A stretch of 64,000 nt of DNA from Patescibacteria group bacterium (lineage in GTDB: Bacteria > Patescibacteriota > Patescibacteriia > UBA2591 > UBA6264). The stretch covers positions 112,357-176,356 of the forward strand of contig JADHVF010000002.1 of assembly GCA_016784145.1 (NCBI GenBank). Direction: 5' to 3'. Of the stretch, positions 1 to 9,801 are shown piece after piece (the stretch's first letter is position 1; the number at the start of each line of letters is the position of its first letter). The notes below the pieces were generated by a model. The model saw only the letters and a list, made by a program, of their open reading frames with translations, ran no database searches and was not told where the DNA came from. The position numbers were made by a program, and so were the translations under genes.

Positions 1-103
1 GAGAAAGGAAAGACAATTAAACAAGGCCAGACATTATTTAAGAATGATTTTAAAAAGATTAATAAAGGAAAAATTTTATTTCCAAAACTTTAATTAAATT
101 TAT

Positions 104-604
104 ATGGTATTTTTTGATTTAATCCTCCTTTTAATTTTATTTGGGTTTGTTTGGTTTGGTTTTTGGAATGGCTTTATTCAAACCATAGGAGGAATTATTA
201 GTTTAATAGTAGCTGTTTTTGTAGCCAGTAGATGGTATGATGTTATAGCGTTGCAAATTTTGCCGTGGCTGGGAGATAATTTTAATTTAGCGCGCTTATT
301 GGCTTTTATCGCTGTTTTTATTCTTGCTAGGTTTATTCTCTTTTTAATATTTAAGGCGATTAATAAATTTTTTGAATTACCTATTTTAAAGTTTTTCAAT
401 CGTTTAGCAGGAGCAGCCTTTGGTTTAATTGAAGGAGGATTAATTATTGGTCTTCTTTTATATTTTTCAACTAGTTTTCCAATTACAGGCTCTTGGAATG
501 AAATGATTGAAACTTCTATTTTAGCAGGATTTTTAATTCCTTTTGGAAAAGTTTTATTGCCATTATTACCAGCAGCATTAAAACAAGTTAAAGAAATATT
601 TTAA
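104..604 (+). CDS. cvpA: CvpA-family (colicin V production-like) integral membrane protein
   Basis: 166 aa with four hydrophobic helices. The N-terminal residues F/ILLLILFGFVWFGFWNGFI and the overall layout are typical of CvpA/DedE. Confidence 0.6.
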   Translation: MVFFDLILLLILFGFVWFGFWNGFIQTIGGIISLIVAVFVASRWYDVIALQILPWLGDNFNLARLLAFIAVFILARFILFLIFKAINKFFELPILKFFNRLAGAAFGLIEGGLIIGLLLYFSTSFPITGSWNEMIETSILAGFLIPFGKVLLPLLPAALKQVKEIF

Positions 605-607
605 TAA

Positions 608-1939
608 TTGTATTATATGAAAAATTTAAAACTTAAATCATCAGTTGTTGTTATTGTTTTAATAAGCTTGATTGTAGGCGGATTGGCTGGCACAATATCA
701 GGCTTTTATGCTTTTAATTACTTGATGAACAATGAAACTCCTTTGCTACATTCTTTTTTGTATCAAACTTTTTTAAATCCTCTAACAGAAACACCCAAAA
801 AAATAAAAGAACAAACACAATCACCAATGGCCAGACAAATTATAGTTAATTATGATGAAATAGATGCTATTTCGGCTGTCAGTAATATTAGTCCTTCGGT
901 TGTTAGTATTGTTGTTTCAGAATATGTTACTCATTATTATGGATCACAAAGATTTAATTCTCCATTTTTTGATGATTTTTTTAATGATTTATGGGGATTC
1001 AGGGGTAATGAAATTCCTTTTCCAGCTCCTATTCAAGAGAAAAAGAAACAACCACAACAAGTTGGCGGTGGAACAGGTTTTGTGGTTTCTTCAAAGGAAA
1101 GATTAATTTTAACAAACAAGCATGTTGTGACAGGGAATGAAGCAGAATATACTGTTATAAGCAATAGTGGAGAAAAATATGATGCTGAAGTTTTGGCTCG
1201 TGATCCATTTAATGATATTGCTATTTTAAAAATTAATGATTTAAAATTCAATTTACCAGAAGTTAAATTTGGAAATTCAGATAAAATTAAAATAGGACAA
1301 ACAGTAATTGCAATTGGTAATTCTTTGGGAGAATATAGGAACACAGTAACCAAAGGAGTTGTGAGCGGAATTTCTCGCAGAGTTATTGCTAGTGATTCGA
1401 TTGGTCAATCAGAAGTATTGGAAGATGTTATTCAGACTGATGCGGCTATTAATTTTGGTAATTCAGGAGGCCCTTTAGTGGATTTAAATGGAGAGGTAGT
1501 AGGGATAAATACAGCTGTTAATAAACAGGGGCAGTTGATTGGATTTGCTATTCCAGTCAATCAAGCAACCAATGTTGTGGCTAGTGTTAAAAAATATGGC
1601 AGGATTATTAGGCCATATATAGGAGTGAGATATGTCTTAAATAATAAAAAAATAGCTCAAGAAAATAATTTGGATTATGACCATGGAGCCTTAATTATAA
1701 GAGGTGAGCAGGATACAGAATTGGCTATTATCCCAGGTTCTCCTGCTAATAAGGCTGGCTTGGTTGAAAATGATATTATTTTAGAAATAAATAATACAAA
1801 AATAACAGCTACAAACTCTTTAGCTAGAGAGATTCAAAAACATATGCCGGGAGACAAGGTCCAATTAAAGATTTATCATCAAGGAGAAATCAAAGAAATA
1901 GAGGTAGCCTTAGAAGAATATAAACAAGGAATGTTTTAA
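608..1939 (+). CDS. htrA: HtrA/DegP-family trypsin-like serine protease with C-terminal PDZ domain; N-terminal TM anchor
   Basis: Catalytic-triad motifs GTGFVV...TNKHVV (His), DIAILK (Asp) and GNSGGPLVDLNGEVVGINTA (Ser). The C-terminal PDZ-like segment contains GALI...GSPA. The true start is probably the Met at 617. Confidence 0.85.
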   Translation: MYYMKNLKLKSSVVVIVLISLIVGGLAGTISGFYAFNYLMNNETPLLHSFLYQTFLNPLTETPKKIKEQTQSPMARQIIVNYDEIDAISAVSNISPSVVSIVVSEYVTHYYGSQRFNSPFFDDFFNDLWGFRGNEIPFPAPIQEKKKQPQQVGGGTGFVVSSKERLILTNKHVVTGNEAEYTVISNSGEKYDAEVLARDPFNDIAILKINDLKFNLPEVKFGNSDKIKIGQTVIAIGNSLGEYRNTVTKGVVSGISRRVIASDSIGQSEVLEDVIQTDAAINFGNSGGPLVDLNGEVVGINTAVNKQGQLIGFAIPVNQATNVVASVKKYGRIIRPYIGVRYVLNNKKIAQENNLDYDHGALIIRGEQDTELAIIPGSPANKAGLVENDIILEINNTKITATNSLAREIQKHMPGDKVQLKIYHQGEIKEIEVALEEYKQGMF

Positions 1940-1957
1940 AATTTTTTATAAAAAATT

Positions 1958-3044
1958 ATGCAAGAATTAATTTTAGAATTAAAAGAGTTTAAAAAGAGGC
2001 TTCAAGAAATTGGAGAATATCTTTGACCTTGCTAATAAAAAAATAATTATTAAAAAAATCGAAGTTGAAATGACCTTGCCGAGTTTTTGGGAAGATAGGG
2101 TTAGAGCTGAAACAGAATCAAAAAAATTAGAAAAATTAAAACAAAATTTAGCCAAATACCAAAAAATAAAAGTAGAAGTAAATGATTTATTAGAAATATC
2201 TAATATAGACAAAATAGATCAAACAGTTAATTTAAGAAAAGAAATAGAAATACAATTTTCTAAAGTAAAAAAACAACTCCTTGATTTTGAAGAGTTGTGT
2301 TTTTTAAATGGAAAATACGACCAAGAAAATGCATGGTTGTCTATATTTGCTGGAGCAGGAGGAGATGATGCTCAGGATTGGGTTGAAATGCTTTTAAGAA
2401 TGTATTCAAAGTATGCTAAGCAAAAAGAATGGGATTTTAGAATTGTTGAAGAATCAAAAGGAACAGAAGCAGGACTTAAAAGCGTGGTAATAGAAGTGAG
2501 AGGAGATTTTGCTTATGGATTTTTAAAAAATGAAGCAGGAGTTCATCGTTTAGTTAGAATTTCTCCATTTGATGCTGAAAAAACGAGACATACATCTTTT
2601 GCAATGGTGCAAGTTTTACCAGAAATAGATGATATAGGAGTTGTTATTAAACAAGATGATTTAAAAGTTGATACTTTTTTATCGTCTGGACCAGGAGGAC
2701 AGCATATGCAAAAAACAGAGTCAGCTGTTCGAATTACTCATTTGCCAACTAAAATTTCAGCTAGTTCGCAAGTTGCTAGGTCTCAGTCTAAAAACAAAGA
2801 CAGGGCTTTAAAAATTTTAAAATCAAAATTATATCATTATTTTCAGGCAGTTAAACAAGAAGAAAAGGATATGATAAAAGGGGAATTTAAGTCAGCTTCA
2901 TGGGGAAATCAAATTCGTTCATATGTTTTGCATCCATATAAAATGGTTAAGGATTTAAGAACAAAATTTGAGACAAATGATGTGAATTCAATCTTAGATG
3001 GCAACTTAAATGAAATAATTGAAAGCAAATTAAAATTTAAATAA
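1958..3044 (+). CDS. prfB: Peptide chain release factor 2, expressed through a programmed +1 ribosomal frameshift (frame 0 from 1958 to the in-frame TGA at 2024-2026, then the +1 frame from 2025 to 3044)
   Basis: The main body has SPF (RF2-specific), the GGQ motif (SGPGGQHMQKTESAVRITHLPT) and an RF2 domain layout. The body ORF has no ATG. Upstream in frame 0, an ATG at 1958 encodes MQELILELKEFKKRLQEIGEYL, followed by CTT TGA C, which is the canonical prfB frameshift heptamer. Confidence 0.9.
2012..2027 (+). promoter_or_regulatory. prfB autoregulatory +1 frameshift site (SD-like GGAG, then TAT CTT TGA C)
   Basis: The sequence ggagaatatCTTTGAc matches the E. coli site AGGGGGUAUCUUUGAC. The P-site CUU is followed by a UGA stop with C at +4, and an internal SD-like GGAG sits 5 nt upstream of CUU. 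Confidence 0.8.
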
Positions 3045-3054
3045 TTATTATTAT

Positions 3055-4935
3055 ATGTGTGGAATAGTTGCCTGTATTGGCAAAAAAAATACAACAGAAA
3101 TTTTATTAAGAGGGTTAAAGCGATTAGAATATCGTGGTTATGATAGCGCTGGTTGTGCGGTTTTAAACAAAGGGAGAATTAAAGTTATTAAAGAAAAGGG
3201 AAGAGTTTTGTGGTTAGCTAAAAAAATTAAAATAGAGTCATTGGATGGAAGTTTAGGGATTAGTCATACTCGTTGGGCCACTCATGGAGAGCCAAACAAA
3301 ATTAATGCCCACCCCCATTTTGATTGTAAAAAAGAAATTTTTTTAGTGCATAATGGAATTATTGAAAATTACAAAACATTAAAATCATGGCTAAATAAAC
3401 GAGGTCATAAATTTTATTCTAATACAGATACAGAAGTAGTAGCTCACTTGATTGAAGAAAATTATCCTACGAGCAGGGGGACTAATACAAAAGATTCAGA
3501 AGGCAAAAATAATAATTTATTAATTGCTGTTCAGAAAGCACTGGCATTGGTTGAGGGAACTTATGGTTTGGCAATTATTTCATCTTTGGCTCTTGATAAA
3601 TTAATTGTGGCCAAAAAAGGGAGCCCTCTTGTTATTGGTATTGTTAAAAAGGGAAAATATATTGTTGCTTCAGATCCAGCAGCAATTATTGAACACACTA
3701 GAAAAGTTATTTATTTAAGTGACGGGGAAATTGCTATTTTGTCAAGCAAAGGATGCCAAATAACAGATTTAGAAAATAGAAATATTACAAAACAAATTGA
3801 TAAAGTGTCATGGGATTTATCTAAAATAGCTAAACAAGGATTTGATCATTTTATGCTTAAAGAAATATTTGAACAATCAGAATCAATAAAAAATTGTATA
3901 AGAGGAAGATGCCTAACAAAAGAAGCAAGAATACAGTTAGGAGGTATAAATGATTGGATTGATTTTTTAAAAAATGTTAATGGGTTTGTATTTTTGGCTT
4001 GTGGAACATCTTGGCATTCAGGGCTTATCGGAGAGTATTTATTTGAACACTTAACAGGTATTTTTAGTAAAACAGAATATGCTTCAGAGTTTAGGTATAA
4101 AAATACGCCAATTGATAAGCAAAAAGCATATTTTGTTCTTTCTCAATCAGGAGAAACAGCGGATACATTAGAATCATTAAGAAAAATAAAAGAAAATAAT
4201 GCAAATGTTTTTGGCATTGTAAATGTGGTTGGTTCAACTATTGCCAGAGAAACTGATGCGGGCGTTTATATTCATGCTGGCCCAGAGATAGGGGTTGCTT
4301 CAACAAAAGCTTTTACATGTCAGGTAGTTGTTTTAGCACAAATTGCAGTATTGCTGGGAATAAAAAGAGGCAGGATAAAACCATTAGAAGCAGCCACAAG
4401 AATTAAATCAATTGATAGTATTCCAGCCAAAATAAAACAAATATTAAATCAAAATAAACAGATTAAAAAATTAGCAACTAAATATTACAAGTTTAATAAT
4501 TTTCTTTATTTAGGCAGGGAGTACAACTTTCCAACTGCTCTTGAAGGAGCCTTAAAATTGAAAGAAATTTCGTATATTCACGCAGAAGGCTATCCAGCCG
4601 CAGAAATGAAGCATGGACCAATTGCGCTGATAGATAAAAATATGCCAGTAATAGTTGTAGCAACTGATACGGTTGATAATGTTTATCAAAAAGTAATTAA
4701 TAATATTGAAGAAGTTAAAGCCAGAGGAGGAATTGTTATTGCTATTGCTACTAAAGGTAATCAGGCCATAAAAAAGATAGTTGATGAAGTTATTTATGTT
4801 CCAAAAATAGATGGATTTTTGACTCCAATATTAAATGTTGTGCCGTTGCAACTTTTAGCATATCATATGGCTGTTTTAAGAGGTTGCGATGTGGACAAAC
4901 CAAGAAATTTAGCAAAGAGTGTAACAGTTGAATAA
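3055..4935 (+). CDS. glmS: Glutamine--fructose-6-phosphate aminotransferase (isomerizing)
   Basis: The N-terminus MCGIV has the catalytic Cys2 of class II amidotransferases. Two SIS domains follow, and the protein ends with the GlmS-typical VTVE. Confidence 0.93.
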   Translation: MCGIVACIGKKNTTEILLRGLKRLEYRGYDSAGCAVLNKGRIKVIKEKGRVLWLAKKIKIESLDGSLGISHTRWATHGEPNKINAHPHFDCKKEIFLVHNGIIENYKTLKSWLNKRGHKFYSNTDTEVVAHLIEENYPTSRGTNTKDSEGKNNNLLIAVQKALALVEGTYGLAIISSLALDKLIVAKKGSPLVIGIVKKGKYIVASDPAAIIEHTRKVIYLSDGEIAILSSKGCQITDLENRNITKQIDKVSWDLSKIAKQGFDHFMLKEIFEQSESIKNCIRGRCLTKEARIQLGGINDWIDFLKNVNGFVFLACGTSWHSGLIGEYLFEHLTGIFSKTEYASEFRYKNTPIDKQKAYFVLSQSGETADTLESLRKIKENNANVFGIVNVVGSTIARETDAGVYIHAGPEIGVASTKAFTCQVVVLAQIAVLLGIKRGRIKPLEAATRIKSIDSIPAKIKQILNQNKQIKKLATKYYKFNNFLYLGREYNFPTALEGALKLKEISYIHAEGYPAAEMKHGPIALIDKNMPVIVVATDTVDNVYQKVINNIEEVKARGGIVIAIATKGNQAIKKIVDEVIYVPKIDGFLTPILNVVPLQLLAYHMAVLRGCDVDKPRNLAKSVTVE

Positions 4936-4937
4936 AA

Positions 4938-5477
4938 ATGAAAAAAAAATTAGGCAAAATTCATGTTTATACTGGAAACGGAAAGGGCAAAACAACTGCT
5001 TGTCTTGGCAGTGCAGTCAGGGCAGTTGGTTGGGGATTGAAAGTCGGAATTATTTTTTTTGCTAAAGGAGGATTTGATTATGGAGAAAGAAATAGTTTAC
5101 TAAAAATAGGGATTGATTTTTGGGTAAATGGAATTTCTCATTTTAATAAAAATAAGAGTAAATATGATTTTAAAATAAGTAAACAGGACAAAACAGAGGC
5201 AATCAAAGGCATGATTATTCTGGAGCAAATTTTTAAAGAGAATCAATATGATTTAATAATTCTTGATGAAATAAATTTTGTTTTAAAAGAAAAAATGATT
5301 GATAAAGATTATTTTGTAAATTTATTAAAACATAAACCAAATAACATGGAATTAATTTTGACGGGCAGGGGAGCATTACCAGCCATAATAAAAATAGCTC
5401 ACCTGGTAACAGAAATGAAATTAATAAAACATTATTATTATCAAGGAGTTAAGGCTAGACAAGGAATAGAATATTAA
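4938..5477 (+). CDS. Cob(I)yrinic acid a,c-diamide / corrinoid adenosyltransferase family protein (CobA/CobO/BtuR)
   Basis: The P-loop-like GNGKGKTTA and the conserved IILDEI motif, in a protein of about 180 aa, fit PF02572-type proteins. Confidence 0.65.
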   Translation: MKKKLGKIHVYTGNGKGKTTACLGSAVRAVGWGLKVGIIFFAKGGFDYGERNSLLKIGIDFWVNGISHFNKNKSKYDFKISKQDKTEAIKGMIILEQIFKENQYDLIILDEINFVLKEKMIDKDYFVNLLKHKPNNMELILTGRGALPAIIKIAHLVTEMKLIKHYYYQGVKARQGIEY

Positions 5478-5504
5478 AGATTTTATTAAGAAATAAATAA
5501 AAAA

Positions 5505-6956
5505 ATGAAAATATTTTTATCTTTTATTGTAGGGGTTGCAATTACCTCTTTTTTGTTTATCCCAGCAATTGTTTATATTCCTTTATTTTTATTGATTTTA
5601 ATTATATTTGTGTTTATTAAACCAAAACAAGTATTGCCTGTTTTGGTTATTTTTTTATTTTTTATACTTGGCGTAATTCGTTATGAAATAAGCCTTCCAA
5701 AAATAGATAAAAATCATGTTAGTTTTTATAACAACCAAACAATTGTTTTTCAGGGAAAAGTTATTAAAGAGCCAATTAAGAGGATTGATAAATTAAAATT
5801 AATTATTGGCAATGTTTCTTTTCAGAAACATAAATTAAAAGGCAGAATATTAGTTAACGCGCCTGTTTTGTCTGATTACAAATACGGAGATATTTTAGAA
5901 GTTGAGTGTAATCTTAATCAATCTCAATCATCTGATAGATTTAATTATTATGAATGGCTTGCTAAAGATGATATTTATTTTAGTTGTTATTGGCCTAAAA
6001 TAAAAATTATTACCAGAAAGACAGGCAATTTTTTTTATGAAAAAATATTATTATTTAAATCTAATGCTAATAGTTTAATTAATAAAAATTTTTCTCAACC
6101 TCAGGGATCAATTTTGACCGCAATGTTGCTTGGCATTCGCCATCAAATACCACCCTTAACAAGAGATAATTTTAGTCAGGCAGGCATATCGCATATTCTG
6201 GCTATTTCAGGGCTTCACATTAGTATTATTTGTTTACTATTAATTACTTTTTTTGTAAACACATTGCATATTAGCCAAGCCAAATCTTTTTATTTAATGT
6301 GTTTTGCTATTTCTCTTTTTGTTTTATTGGTGGGAGCGCCAGTTTCAGCGGTCCGGGCAGCTATTATGGGGATTATTTTATCTTATGCAACCAAAATAGG
6401 GCGTCCTAAAAATTTTATGCAAACACTTGCTTTTGTTTGCGTTTTAATGCTACTGCTAAACCCAAGAGTTTTAAAATCTGATATAGGATTTCAATTATCT
6501 TTTATGGCTGTTTTAGGCATAGGAATGTTTAGAGATTATTTTAATCATATTTTTAGTCAAGTTCCAAACAACAATAAATTTCCATTAAGGTATTATTTAT
6601 CTATTACTTTGTCAGCTCAAATTTTTGTTTTACCATTAGTTTTGTATTGGTTTGGAAGCTTGTCTTTAATATCTTTATTATCTAATATTTTAATTTTGCC
6701 TTTATTATCATTTTTAATGATATTTGGTTTTCTTTTTATTTTTTTAGGATTGATTTTTCCTTGGTTGGTAAATTTTTTGTTATGGCCTGTATGGATATTA
6801 TTGACTTATGTTGTTTTAATAGCTAAAATTGGAGCAAATATTCCATATTTATCGTTTTATATCAAAGATTTTTCGTTTTTGGGAGTAATTGGGTTGTATG
6901 TCTTGATATTAATTTGGTTTTTTAAAATTAAAGGAATAACAAATCATAAATTATGA
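5505..6956 (+). CDS. comEC: ComEC/Rec2 competence-channel protein, membrane (competence) domain only
   Basis: Polytopic membrane protein with the ComEC signature AGISHILAISGLHISII. An N-terminal OB-like soluble segment lies between TM helices. There is no MBL domain in this ORF. Confidence 0.8.
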   Translation: MKIFLSFIVGVAITSFLFIPAIVYIPLFLLILIIFVFIKPKQVLPVLVIFLFFILGVIRYEISLPKIDKNHVSFYNNQTIVFQGKVIKEPIKRIDKLKLIIGNVSFQKHKLKGRILVNAPVLSDYKYGDILEVECNLNQSQSSDRFNYYEWLAKDDIYFSCYWPKIKIITRKTGNFFYEKILLFKSNANSLINKNFSQPQGSILTAMLLGIRHQIPPLTRDNFSQAGISHILAISGLHISIICLLLITFFVNTLHISQAKSFYLMCFAISLFVLLVGAPVSAVRAAIMGIILSYATKIGRPKNFMQTLAFVCVLMLLLNPRVLKSDIGFQLSFMAVLGIGMFRDYFNHIFSQVPNNNKFPLRYYLSITLSAQIFVLPLVLYWFGSLSLISLLSNILILPLLSFLMIFGFLFIFLGLIFPWLVNFLLWPVWILLTYVVLIAKIGANIPYLSFYIKDFSFLGVIGLYVLILIWFFKIKGITNHKL

Positions 6957-6966
6957 GAAATTATCC

Positions 6967-7866
6967 ATGTTAAGTAAAGAAATTTTTTTTAAAAAAAGTA
7001 TTTTTATTATTGGAATATTATTTTTAATAAGCCTTATTTTTTTAGGATATATTTATTGGCTGGCTTGTTTAAATGATACTAATTTAAGAGTAATTTTTTT
7101 AGATATTGGACAGGGTGATGCTACTTTAATTCAAACGCCAGCTCATCAAAATATCTTAATTGATGGTGGTCCTGATATAAATATTATTAATAAATTAGAC
7201 AAGTATATCTCTTTTGACAACAGAATTATAGATATAATTATTTTAACTCATACAGGACTAGATCACTTAACAGGATTAGTGGAGGTTTTAGAGCGATATC
7301 CAGTTAAGCAAATAATTAGCAATGGGCTTGACGACTCAAAGCCACTTGTTTATAAGTGGCAAAATCTTATTAAGAAAAAAAATATTCCACACAGAATTAT
7401 TGATGCTCCTATAGATATTAAGGTAGAAGAAAATGTTTTAATGAAATTTTTTTGGCCTCAGCAATCATTGGTTAAGGATTTTAAAGCAGATGATAATTTT
7501 ACCTCTATTGTAATGAAATTAGTTTATAAAAATAATAGTTTTTTGTTTACAGGAGATGCTACTAAAGAAACAGAAGCAGAGTTGATTAACAATGATATTG
7601 ATTTGTCTAGCGATGTTTTTAAGGCAGGCCATCACGGCTCAAAATATTCTTCAACCATGGATTTTTTAAAAAAAATTAATCCAAGTTATGGAGTTATTTC
7701 ATCAGGAGAAAATCAGTTTGGTCATCCTAGTTTGCGGGTTTTAAAAAATTTAACTCAATTAATACCATATGATAAAATTTTTAGAACAGATAAAAATGGG
7801 GATATAATATTTAAAACTAATGGGAATAATTTAGTTTTTCAATTACAAGATTCTTGGTTTCAATAA
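6967..7866 (+). CDS. Membrane-anchored metallo-beta-lactamase-fold protein (the ComEC C-terminal MBL domain encoded as a separate ORF)
   Basis: One N-terminal TM helix. MBL motifs FLDIGQGDATLIQTP and ILTHTGLDHLTGL (HxHxDH-like), plus KAGHHGSKYS, are typical of the ComEC C-terminal domain. It begins 10 nt after the comEC stop, in a different frame. Confidence 0.75.
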   Translation: MLSKEIFFKKSIFIIGILFLISLIFLGYIYWLACLNDTNLRVIFLDIGQGDATLIQTPAHQNILIDGGPDINIINKLDKYISFDNRIIDIIILTHTGLDHLTGLVEVLERYPVKQIISNGLDDSKPLVYKWQNLIKKKNIPHRIIDAPIDIKVEENVLMKFFWPQQSLVKDFKADDNFTSIVMKLVYKNNSFLFTGDATKETEAELINNDIDLSSDVFKAGHHGSKYSSTMDFLKKINPSYGVISSGENQFGHPSLRVLKNLTQLIPYDKIFRTDKNGDIIFKTNGNNLVFQLQDSWFQ

Positions 7867-7929
7867 ATAGACATGGACAGATTTTAGAAAAAATGTTATA
7901 ATATTTTATAACATAATTAATAAATACAC

Positions 7930-7959
7930 TTGACATTGTATTTGTAATATTGTTATAAT
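7930..7959 (+). promoter_or_regulatory. Sigma-70-type promoter for tuf (TTGACA, 18-nt spacer, extended -10 TGtTATAAT)
   Basis: TTGACA at 7930-7935 and TG-n-TATAAT at 7951-7959. An SD sequence GAGGA lies 8-12 nt before the tuf ATG. Confidence 0.5.
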
Positions 7960-8034
7960 TATATTCACTAATAAACTAATAATTTGATTTGTAGATATTT
8001 TTTAACCTACAATCTAAAATGAGGAAAAATTAAT

Positions 8035-9240
8035 ATGGCAGCTAAAGAAAAATTCGAAAGAACAAAGCCGCATTTAAATGTTGGTACAATTGGTCATGTT
8101 GACCATGGCAAAACAGCTTTAACAGCGGCAATATTAAAAGTTTTAACAGCTTCTGGAGGAAAGGCTGAAACAAGAAGTGTTGATGAAATTGACAATGCTC
8201 CTGAAGAAAGAAGTAGAGGAATTACAATTTCGTTAGCTCATGTCGAGTATGAAACAGACAAAAGACATTATGCTCACATTGATTGTCCAGGACATGCTGA
8301 CTATGTTAAAAACATGGTTACTGGTGCAGCTCAAATGGATGGAGCTATTTTGGTTATTTCAGCCACTGATGGTCCAATGCCTCAAACAAGAGAGCATATC
8401 TTGCTGGCTAGACAAGTTGGAGTACCATCTATTGTCGTGTTTTTAAACAAGACAGACCAAGTTGAAGACAAAGAGTTGATTGAACTTGTTAAAGAAGAAG
8501 TTAAAGACATTCTTAAAAAGTATGAATTTCCAGGAGATGAGACCCCTATTATTGAAGGCTCGGCTACTAAAGCAATAGAATGTGGTTGTGGAAAAACAGA
8601 TTGCGAGCATTGTGGACCAATCTTAAAATTGCTTGATTCCCTTGATTCATATATTCCAGAACCAAAAAGAGATACAGAGAAACCATTTTTAATGCCAATT
8701 GAAGATATTTTTTCAATTGAAGGCAGGGGAACAGTTGTTACTGGAAAAATTGAAAAAGGAATTGTTAAATTAAATGATGAGATTGAAATTGTAGGATTAA
8801 GACCAACAACTAAAACAATTGTTACGGGCATAGAAATGTTTAGGAAGTCATTAGAAGAAGGGTTTGCTGGAGATAATGCAGGTATTCTTTTAAGAGGAAC
8901 TAAAAAAACAGACATTGAAAGAGGGCAAGTAATTGCTAAGCCAGGGACTGTTACTCCTCATACAGAATTTGATTGTCAGGTTTATATTTTATCCAAAGAA
9001 GAAGGGGGCAGACATACCCCATTTTTGGCTGGGTATAAGCCCCAGTTTTATATTAGAACAACTGATGTTACTGGCGAAGCGTTTTTACCAGAAGGAACTG
9101 AAATGGCTATGCCAGGGGATACATTAGACCTTAAGGTTAAACTCTATAAACCAATTGCACTTGAAGAAAAGCAAAGATTTGCAATTAGAGAAGGTGGGAG
9201 AACAGTTGGAGCAGGAGTTGTAACAAAGATAACCAAGTAA
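8035..9240 (+). CDS. tuf: Translation elongation factor Tu
   Basis: [16 protein letters not shown] and NKTD GTPase motifs with full three-domain conservation. It carries an unusual Cys4 insertion in domain I (see findings). Confidence 0.97.
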   Translation: MAAKEKFERTKPHLNVGTIGHVDHGKTALTAAILKVLTASGGKAETRSVDEIDNAPEERSRGITISLAHVEYETDKRHYAHIDCPGHADYVKNMVTGAAQMDGAILVISATDGPMPQTREHILLARQVGVPSIVVFLNKTDQVEDKELIELVKEEVKDILKKYEFPGDETPIIEGSATKAIECGCGKTDCEHCGPILKLLDSLDSYIPEPKRDTEKPFLMPIEDIFSIEGRGTVVTGKIEKGIVKLNDEIEIVGLRPTTKTIVTGIEMFRKSLEEGFAGDNAGILLRGTKKTDIERGQVIAKPGTVTPHTEFDCQVYILSKEEGGRHTPFLAGYKPQFYIRTTDVTGEAFLPEGTEMAMPGDTLDLKVKLYKPIALEEKQRFAIREGGRTVGAGVVTKITK

Positions 9241-9298
9241 TGTTTTGATTTAACAGTTAGAATATTAGTTTAGAAATGAATTAGTTTTTTATAATGTA

Positions 9299-9664
9299 AT
9301 GAAAAATAAAAGTAAGCAAAAAGACAAAATTGTTGCTAAAAAATTAGACAAGAAAGAATATAAACCAAAGATTCGTATCAAGGTCAAATCATATGACCAT
9401 AGAATTATAGATGAAGCAATTAAAAACATTATTGAATCTTTGAAGCATTTAGATGCTAAGATTATTGGCCCAATTTTTCTTCCAACTGAAAAAAGAAAAT
9501 ATACTGTTTTAAGGTCTTCTTTTGTTCATAAAGATTCAAGAGATCAATATGAAAAAAGAACCCACAAAAGGCTAATTGATATTATTGATTTTAACCCAAA
9601 AGTAATAGAAAAGCTGACAGGGTTAGATTTGCCTGCTGGAGTAGATATTGAAATAAAAATGTAG
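9299..9664 (+). CDS. rpsJ: 30S ribosomal protein S10 (uS10), with a roughly 20-aa Lys-rich N-terminal extension
   Basis: The core IRIKVKSYDHRIIDEAIKNI...RSSFVHKDSRDQYE...LIDIIDFNPKVIEKL matches uS10. Confidence 0.93.
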   Translation: MKNKSKQKDKIVAKKLDKKEYKPKIRIKVKSYDHRIIDEAIKNIIESLKHLDAKIIGPIFLPTEKRKYTVLRSSFVHKDSRDQYEKRTHKRLIDIIDFNPKVIEKLTGLDLPAGVDIEIKM

Positions 9665-9801
9665 TGTTTTTATAAGATAAAAAGTTTTACAAATAAAATA
9701 GTTTTTAATTAAGATTAAAAAACCGTTTTAAAAAAACGAAGTGTTGATTTTAATTACATGACTCCATTGCCAAAGATTTAAAATTAAATTAATTTTATTG
9801 C

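Noticed and set aside
1-93. Possible 3' end of an upstream + strand gene (an open frame ending TAA at 91-93, translation ...GKTIKQGQTLFKNDFKKINKGKILFPKL).
   Set aside because: There is no start codon within the window and no recognisable motif in 30 residues. It cannot be supported.
178-399. Antisense 73-aa ORF inside the cvpA-like gene. Similar short antisense or out-of-frame ORFs occur at 864..1106, 1033..1353, 1979..2212, 2909..3094, 8240..8446, 8382..8915, 8933..9127, 10493..10765, 10782..10973, 11583..11795, 12316..12513, 13884..14153, 15343..15525, 15598..16017, 16433..16717, 17808..18023, 18304..18564, 19124..19345, 20212..20397, 22171..22368, 23223..23741, 28198..28440, 29658..29840, 30931..31134, 31235..31546, 33526..33819, 33956..34186, 38017..38253 and 39294..39488.
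   Set aside because: All of them overlap strongly conserved, confidently identified genes on the opposite strand or in another frame. They are low-complexity and Leu/Phe/Ile-rich, as expected from AT-rich antisense sequence, and have no recognisable motifs.
3045-3054. glmS ribozyme upstream of glmS.
   Set aside because: Only 10 nt separate the prfB stop from the glmS start, which leaves no room for the roughly 150-nt ribozyme. glmS appears translationally coupled to prfB.
7867-8034. tRNA genes upstream of tuf (a common thrU-tyrU-glyT-thrT-tufB-like arrangement).
   Set aside because: The 168-bp region is AT-rich, holds promoter-like elements only and has no cloverleaf-compatible GC-rich segment. 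No tRNA or rRNA was found anywhere in the window.
9720-9740. Inverted repeat CGTTTT-aaa-AAAACG in the rpsJ-rplC spacer.
   Set aside because: A 6-bp AT-rich palindrome is not significant by itself. The GC-rich nested hairpin at 9802-9841 is the better-supported element.
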